From: an uncultured Candidatus Rokubacteria bacterium
Lineage (GTDB): Bacteria; Methylomirabilota; Methylomirabilia; Rokubacteriales; DASRDR01
Reading direction: 5' to 3'
Length of the DNA: 64,000 bases
Assembly: GCA_963826115.1 (NCBI GenBank)
Contig: CAWGVS010000010.1
Coordinates: forward strand, 416,001-480,000
Positions within the stretch are counted from its first letter, which is position 1. The number at the start of each line of letters is the position of its first letter. Position numbers and translations under genes: made by a program. Below the pieces are notes generated by a model. That model saw nothing but the letters and a program-made list of their open reading frames with translations. It was not told the DNA's origin and did not search any database. Of the stretch, positions 58,833-64,000 are shown piece by piece.

Positions 58833-60530
58833 ATGATTGAGTGGTTCTTCGCGACGCTACGTCAGTACCCGGAGATCGCGATCTTCCTCTCGCTCGGTCT
58901 CGGGTACTACTTCGGCAAGTTCACCTTCAAGGGCATCGGCCTGGGGTCCGTCACCGCGACCCTGCTGGCCGCCGTCGTGATCGGGCAGCTCGGGATCACG
59001 GTCAACCAGCCCCTGAAGGCGTTTGCCTTCCTGATGTTCCTGTTCGCGGTCGGCTACGGGGTCGGGCCGCAGTTCGTCCGCGGCGTGGCCAAGGATGGCT
59101 TGCCGCAGGCGCTCTACGCGGTGGTCGTGTGCGTGCTGTGCCTGGGTTCGGCGGTGGGTGTCGCCAAGCTGGCCGGCTACGACCTCGGGTACGCGGCCGG
59201 GCTGTACGCGGGATCGCAAACCATCTCGGCCTCGATGGGCCTCGCCACCGACGCGATCAACCGGCTGGGTCTGGCCGCCGAGCAGACCAAGGCGATGCTC
59301 GACGGGATGCCAATCGCCTACGCCGTGAGCTACATGTTCGGCACGGTCGGCTCGGCGATCGTGATCGCGCTGGTCGGGCCGGCGCTGCTGCGCATCGATC
59401 TCCGCGCCGCGGCCAAGGATTACGAGCAGAAGTTTGGCGGCGGCTCCAAGGAGCTTGGCGGGGCGGGCTCGGCCTGGCATCGCTGGGAGTTGCGAGCCTT
59501 CCGGGTACGGGCGGGCGGGAAGGCCGTCGGCCTCCGGGCCGTCGAGGCCGAGGCCCTGGTGCCCAATGCGCGGGTCTTCGTCGAGCGCATCCGACGCAGC
59601 AACGGGACGATCGAGGACGCCACCGCCGACACCGTGATCCGCGAGGGAGACGTGCTGGCGGTCGTCGGGCCGCGCGAGGTCCTCGTCAAGGTGATCGGGG
59701 AGAACGCCCAGGAGGTCGACGACGCCGAGCTGCTGCACGTCCCGGTCGAGGGCGTCGACGTGTACGTGACCGAGAAGGCCGTCGACGGCAAGACGCTCGC
59801 GGAGGTGGCCAAGCTGCCCGAGGCGCGGGGCGTCTTTCTGCGCCGGATCTCGCGGGGGGCGACCTCCACCGAGATCCCCATCCTGCCCAGCACCACGATC
59901 CAGCGCGGCGACATCTTCAACATCGTAGGCCGCACGCAGGACATCAGCGCCATCACCAAGCGCCTGGGTGTGCCCGATCGGGCGACCGACGTCGCCGACG
60001 TCGCGTTCATCGGATTTGCGGTCACGATCGGCGCGCTGATCGGGGCGCTGGTCTTGACGGTCGGCGGGGTGCCGCTGACGCTGTCCACCGCCGGCGGCGC
60101 CCTCATCTCGGGGCTCGTGTTCGGCTGGCTGCGCTCGACGCGCCCGTTCTTTGGGCGCATCCCGTCGTCCACCGTGTGGTTCATGAACTCGGTCGGGCTC
60201 AACATCTTCATCGCCATCGTCGGTATCTCGGCTGGCCCGGGGTTCGTCAACGGCCTCAAGACGCAGGGCGTCAGCCTGTTCCTGTGGGGCATGGTGGCGA
60301 CGACGGTGCCGCTGATCCTCAGCATGTACATCGGCAAGTACATGTTCCGCTTCCACGACGCCATCCTGCTCGGGGCCGTCTCCGGCGCGCGGACCACGAC
60401 GGCCTCCCTTGGCATGGTTTGCGACCTCGCGGAGAGTCAGGTGCCCGCGCTCGGCTACACCGTCACGTACGCCATCGGCAACACGCTGCTCACGATCTGG
60501 GGTATGGTCCTCATCATCCTGCTGTCGTGA
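58833..60530 (+). CDS. aspT: Aspartate:alanine antiporter (AspT/YidE family)
   Basis: '[13 protein letters not shown]', TrkA_C loops, 'GARTTTA', '[13 protein letters not shown]'; adjacent to aspD. Confidence 0.9.
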   Translation: MIEWFFATLRQYPEIAIFLSLGLGYYFGKFTFKGIGLGSVTATLLAAVVIGQLGITVNQPLKAFAFLMFLFAVGYGVGPQFVRGVAKDGLPQALYAVVVCVLCLGSAVGVAKLAGYDLGYAAGLYAGSQTISASMGLATDAINRLGLAAEQTKAMLDGMPIAYAVSYMFGTVGSAIVIALVGPALLRIDLRAAAKDYEQKFGGGSKELGGAGSAWHRWELRAFRVRAGGKAVGLRAVEAEALVPNARVFVERIRRSNGTIEDATADTVIREGDVLAVVGPREVLVKVIGENAQEVDDAELLHVPVEGVDVYVTEKAVDGKTLAEVAKLPEARGVFLRRISRGATSTEIPILPSTTIQRGDIFNIVGRTQDISAITKRLGVPDRATDVADVAFIGFAVTIGALIGALVLTVGGVPLTLSTAGGALISGLVFGWLRSTRPFFGRIPSSTVWFMNSVGLNIFIAIVGISAGPGFVNGLKTQGVSLFLWGMVATTVPLILSMYIGKYMFRFHDAILLGAVSGARTTTASLGMVCDLAESQVPALGYTVTYAIGNTLLTIWGMVLIILLS

Positions 60531-60652
60531 CGCCATGAACCTCGTGACGCTGCGCCAGCAGTGCGCGCTTCCGAGCGCTGAGCCCCTTCGATCGGCGGGA
60601 TACGCTCATCGCGCCGGCCGCTAACAACGCCAAGCTCATAAGGAACCGTCAA

Positions 60653-62299
60653 ATGGAAGACATGAGGCTCAAGCAGTACGAGAAGCTGGGTCCGTTCGAG
60701 ATCAAGGACTTCCTCGCCAAGGTCGCGTCGAAGGCCGCGCAGGAGGCGTCCATCTCGTATCTGAACGCCGGGCGTGGCAACCCGAACTGGGTCGCCACCG
60801 AGCCGCGCGAAGCGTTCTTCCTGCTCGGGCAGTTCGCGGTCACCGAGAGCAAGCGCGTGCTCGACCTGCCGCCGGGCGTGGGTGGCATGCCCAAGGCATC
60901 GGGCGTTGCCGGCCGGCTTGAAGCCTGGCTGAAGAAGCACAACGACATGCCGGGCGCCGACTTTCTGCAGGCGATGGTTCCGTGGGCGGTCAAGAAGTTC
61001 GGTTTTGACGCCGACAAGTTCGTGCACGAGCTGGTGGATTCCATCATCGGCGACCACTATCCGGTGCCGGACCGCATGCTGGTGCACAACGAGCAGGTCG
61101 TCCACGAGTACCTGCAGTGGGCGATGTGCGGGAACCCGCGGCCGAAAGGCAAGTTCAAGATCTACGCGGTCGAGGGCGGCACCGCCGCCATGTGCTACAT
61201 CTTCAAGTCGCTGAAGAGCAACCGGATACTCAACCCCGGCGACACGATTGCGCTCGGCGTGCCGATCTTCACTCCGTACCTCGAGATGGCGCACCTCGAG
61301 GACTACGACCTCAAGTTCGTCGAGGTGCACGCCAAGCAGGAGGACCGATTTCAGTACTCGGATGAAGAGATCAAGAAGCTCCTCGACCCGAAGATCAAGG
61401 CGTTCTTCATCGTCAACCCCGGCAACCCGTTCGCCGTGGCGCTTTCACTCGACACGATCAAGAAGATCGGGGCCGTTCTCAAAAAGCGGCCGGACCTCAT
61501 CCTGCTGACGGACGACGTCTACGGCACCTTCGTGCCGGGCTTCCGTTCGCTGATGGGGGAGTTCCCGAAGAACACCATCGGCGTCTACTCGTACAGCAAG
61601 TACTTCGGCTGCACCGGCTGGCGCCTGGGCACGATCGCGGTCCATGAGGACAATATCTTCGACGAGATGATCGCCCGCCATCCCGAGCCCACCAAGAAGC
61701 TGCTGGACAAGCGTTACGGCACGCTCACGCTCGAGCCCCGCAAGCTCGCCTTCATCGACCGCATCGTGGCGGACAGCCGCGACGTCGCGCTGAATCATAC
61801 GGCCGGCCTGTCGCTTCCCCAGCAGGTCATGATGTCGCTGTTCTCGCTGAGCGAGCTGATGGACGAAAAGAAGGCCTATCAGAAGGCCTGCATCGGCATC
61901 GTCAAGAAGCGGGTCGAGGCGACAATCGAGGGGCTGGGCATCGAAGTCAGCCCGAACGAGCTGTTCGACTACTATTATGGTCTGATCGACTTCGAGTTCT
62001 GGGCCCGCAAGTACTTGGACGAGGACATGGTCAAGTGGATGAAGGCGAACGTGCATCCGCTCGACATCGTGTTCCGGCTGGCCGAGGACCATGGCATCGT
62101 CCTGCTCAACGGTAGCGGCTTTGCCGCTCCGGACTGGTCGGTGCGCATATCGTTCGCGAACCTGGAGGATCACGTCTACGACGACATCGGCCGGGCGGTT
62201 CGCGCCATCGCGCGCGGATACAATCAGGCCTATCAGGCCGCCACGGGCAAGGGCGGCAAGTCGGCTGGGCCCACGGCTCGTAAGCGGGAAGTTCGGTAA
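60653..62299 (+). CDS. aspD: L-aspartate 4-decarboxylase / aminotransferase
   Basis: 'PFEIKD', 'LNAGRGNPNW', 'EGGTAAMCY', 'LTDDVYGTF', 'YSYSKYFGCTGWRLG', 'VALNHTAGLSLPQQ'. Confidence 0.93.
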   Translation: MEDMRLKQYEKLGPFEIKDFLAKVASKAAQEASISYLNAGRGNPNWVATEPREAFFLLGQFAVTESKRVLDLPPGVGGMPKASGVAGRLEAWLKKHNDMPGADFLQAMVPWAVKKFGFDADKFVHELVDSIIGDHYPVPDRMLVHNEQVVHEYLQWAMCGNPRPKGKFKIYAVEGGTAAMCYIFKSLKSNRILNPGDTIALGVPIFTPYLEMAHLEDYDLKFVEVHAKQEDRFQYSDEEIKKLLDPKIKAFFIVNPGNPFAVALSLDTIKKIGAVLKKRPDLILLTDDVYGTFVPGFRSLMGEFPKNTIGVYSYSKYFGCTGWRLGTIAVHEDNIFDEMIARHPEPTKKLLDKRYGTLTLEPRKLAFIDRIVADSRDVALNHTAGLSLPQQVMMSLFSLSELMDEKKAYQKACIGIVKKRVEATIEGLGIEVSPNELFDYYYGLIDFEFWARKYLDEDMVKWMKANVHPLDIVFRLAEDHGIVLLNGSGFAAPDWSVRISFANLEDHVYDDIGRAVRAIARGYNQAYQAATGKGGKSAGPTARKREVR

Positions 62300-62375
62300 A
62301 GAGGGCATGTCATGTCCGCCCTGCGACCACCCGGTTCATGTTGCCTGTCGTCTGACTCGGAGGAGGAGCTGGAAG

Positions 62376-62480
62376 ATGACCTTGGGACTGACCGCATCGG
62401 AGGCGCCCGATCTCACGACGATCCGGGTTGCCGGATACTTCGGAGACGCGACGGCGGTGTACAGCAGGGGAAAGCGATGA
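62376..62480 (+). pseudogene. Remnant of a second STAS-like gene (34 codons)
   Basis: MTLGLTASEAPDLTTIRVAGYFGD resembles MGFRLIMCESADLTTIRAVGRLRD of 54159..54503; GGAGGAG RBS. Confidence 0.5.
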
Positions 62481-63100
62481 AGACACTTGTTGTCGGGTTG
62501 CTGATGAGTGCGCTTGCCCCGGGGGTCGCATTCGGCGGGAGTCCCGCAACGCCTCCCGTCCTCGCGCAGGCCACGGCGCCGGCGGCCAAGCCGGCCAGCC
62601 CGGCGCCCGCCATGCCGAAGGGTCAGGAGGCCGCCGTCGTCACGCTTCGCGGCACCGTGGAGGCCATCGACAAGGAGAAGCAGACGGTCACCATCAAGGG
62701 GCCGAATCGGACCCTGACGGTTCGGGTCCAGGACCCGAAGAAGCTCGAGGCGATCAAGGTAGGTGACCCGGTGGTGGGGAAGTACTACGAGGCGATCGCC
62801 TTCGAGGTGAAGAAGCCCGGCACGGCGACCCCGGGCGTGACCGCGCAGCAGGCCATGGGCACGTCGAAGCCCGGCCAGACCCCGGCCGGTGCCGTCGCCG
62901 AGCAGGTGACCATCACCGCGACCATCACGGCCATCGACAAGAAGGCGCACACGGTCACCATCAAAGGCCCGGAAGGGAACAGCGAGACCGTCAAGGCGCG
63001 AAACCCGAAGAACCTGGACGTGGTGAACGTGGGCGATCTCGTCGAGATCACCTACACGCGCGCCCTGGCCATCGCGCTCGACAAGTCGACCAAGAAGTGA
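62477..63100 (+). CDS. Exported hypothetical protein with two OB-fold-like repeats
   Basis: Signal peptide MKTLVVGLL...; 'TVEAIDKEKQTVTIKGP...KVGDPV' repeated as 'TITAIDKKAHTVTIKGP...NVGDLV'. Confidence 0.8.
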   Translation: MKTLVVGLLMSALAPGVAFGGSPATPPVLAQATAPAAKPASPAPAMPKGQEAAVVTLRGTVEAIDKEKQTVTIKGPNRTLTVRVQDPKKLEAIKVGDPVVGKYYEAIAFEVKKPGTATPGVTAQQAMGTSKPGQTPAGAVAEQVTITATITAIDKKAHTVTIKGPEGNSETVKARNPKNLDVVNVGDLVEITYTRALAIALDKSTKK

Positions 63101-63159
63101 CCGACTCTCCCGAGCGGTTGGATGGCGCGCGGCAAGGCGATCGCGAAACAGGAGCGAGC

Positions 63160-63630
63160 ATGCTAGGACGCAGGCGAGCGGCCCGGGTTCTCGTGGCGAT
63201 CGTCGCTCCTCTGATGATCTTGATCGGGGGAGGCTGCGCGACGTCGATCAACCATTCCTACGACCCGTCGACGAGCTTCGGACCCCTCAAGAGCTACGCG
63301 TGGGCGCCCGGATCCGTGGCCTACTCGCAGAGCGGCCTCGTCGAGGCGAACGTTCAGTTTGTGGCCGATCCGATCTTGGCGAAGAAGGGATTCACCAGAG
63401 CGACGACCGCCCCTGACTTCGTCATCCTGGTCAGGATCGAGAACTACCCGGTCGGCAGCTCCGAAGGCTACGAGCTCAGGATACTGGATCTGAACGTGTA
63501 TCGACCCGACGGTCGCACGCTGATCTGGCGGGGGACCGCGTCCGGCTCCATCAGCACCGACGCGGCGTCCGGTGACCTGAGCAAGGCGGTCGAGGGCATT
63601 CTGGCCGCCTTTCCCCCGAAGTCGAAGTAG
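63160..63630 (+). CDS. DUF4136-like lipoprotein
   Basis: Lipobox-like 'IGGGC'; '[15 protein letters not shown]', 'LIWRGTA', 'ILAAFPP'. Confidence 0.75.
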   Translation: MLGRRRAARVLVAIVAPLMILIGGGCATSINHSYDPSTSFGPLKSYAWAPGSVAYSQSGLVEANVQFVADPILAKKGFTRATTAPDFVILVRIENYPVGSSEGYELRILDLNVYRPDGRTLIWRGTASGSISTDAASGDLSKAVEGILAAFPPKSK

Positions 63631-63761
63631 GTGACCGTCGGTGGGACGGGGTGCCCGCGCGGCGCGCCCCGGCCCGGCCGTCGGATCTCGAGTGGTGGTC
63701 CGGCTGTGGCAGCGATGCCGCCTTTGAAGAGGGCCAGACAGAGGACAAGGGGGGTCAACGT

Positions 63762-64000
63762 ATGAGCTGGTTCGTCGAGGGCCTGCGGCACAATCCCGAG
63801 CTGGCGATCTTCCTCACCCTGGCTCTGGGCTTCTTCATCGGCAAGCTCAAGATCGGGGGCTTCAGCTTCGGCACCGTGGTGGGTACGCTGCTGGCGGGCG
63901 TCCTCGTGGGCCAGCTCAGCATCCAGGTCCCCGGGATCGTCAAGACCGTCTTCTTCGATCTGTTCCTCTTCACGACCGGCTACAAGGTCGGGCCCCAGTT
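63762..64000 (+). CDS. aspT: Second AspT/YidE-family antiporter, 5' part
   Basis: [28 protein letters not shown]...[12 protein letters not shown], homologous to the N-terminus of 58833..60530. Confidence 0.85.
   Translation, partial: MSWFVEGLRHNPELAIFLTLALGFFIGKLKIGGFSFGTVVGTLLAGVLVGQLSIQVPGIVKTVFFDLFLFTTGYKVGPQ

Noticed and set aside
63707-63721. Fourth sigma54 promoter (TGGCAG-CGATG-CCGC) before the second aspT
   Set aside because: GG-N10-GC spacing is correct, but the -12 lacks TT, which is too weak in 70% GC DNA.
1-64000. tRNA-Sec/selABD, integrase, transposase, phage or defence genes
   Set aside because: None recognisable in the window.

Overview
High-GC (about 70% by eye) bacterial window, gene-dense, with no rRNA, tRNA, CRISPR or transposase visible. 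The gene content suggests an uncultured diderm soil or sediment lineage such as Rokubacteria/Methylomirabilota (inference only). In order it holds: a TetR-RND efflux operon; an ECF42 sigma/YciI (DGPF) cluster with two divergent TGTCGA-N17-CGACTA promoters; GH15; a class III aminotransferase with an ABC importer; a first block of secreted proteins; a ~17 kb Mo/W-enzyme C1 block (fwdDBAC-fdhD, AOR, MobA-MoaD fusion, Tat-exported FDH-FdnH-NrfD-FdhE, ModE-like HTH); a small cobalt/cobalamin cluster; and a sigma54-controlled ion-transport and amino-acid decarboxylase/antiporter block. The main finding is that the formylmethanofuran dehydrogenase B subunit is split by an in-frame TGA (25009-25011) exactly at the Mo/W-ligating Cys position (SL*HGP), followed by a candidate SECIS hairpin. 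This points to a selenocysteine-containing, pterin-competent bacterial Fwd with no formyltransferase gene in the operon. About eight single-base frameshifts look like long-read assembly errors.
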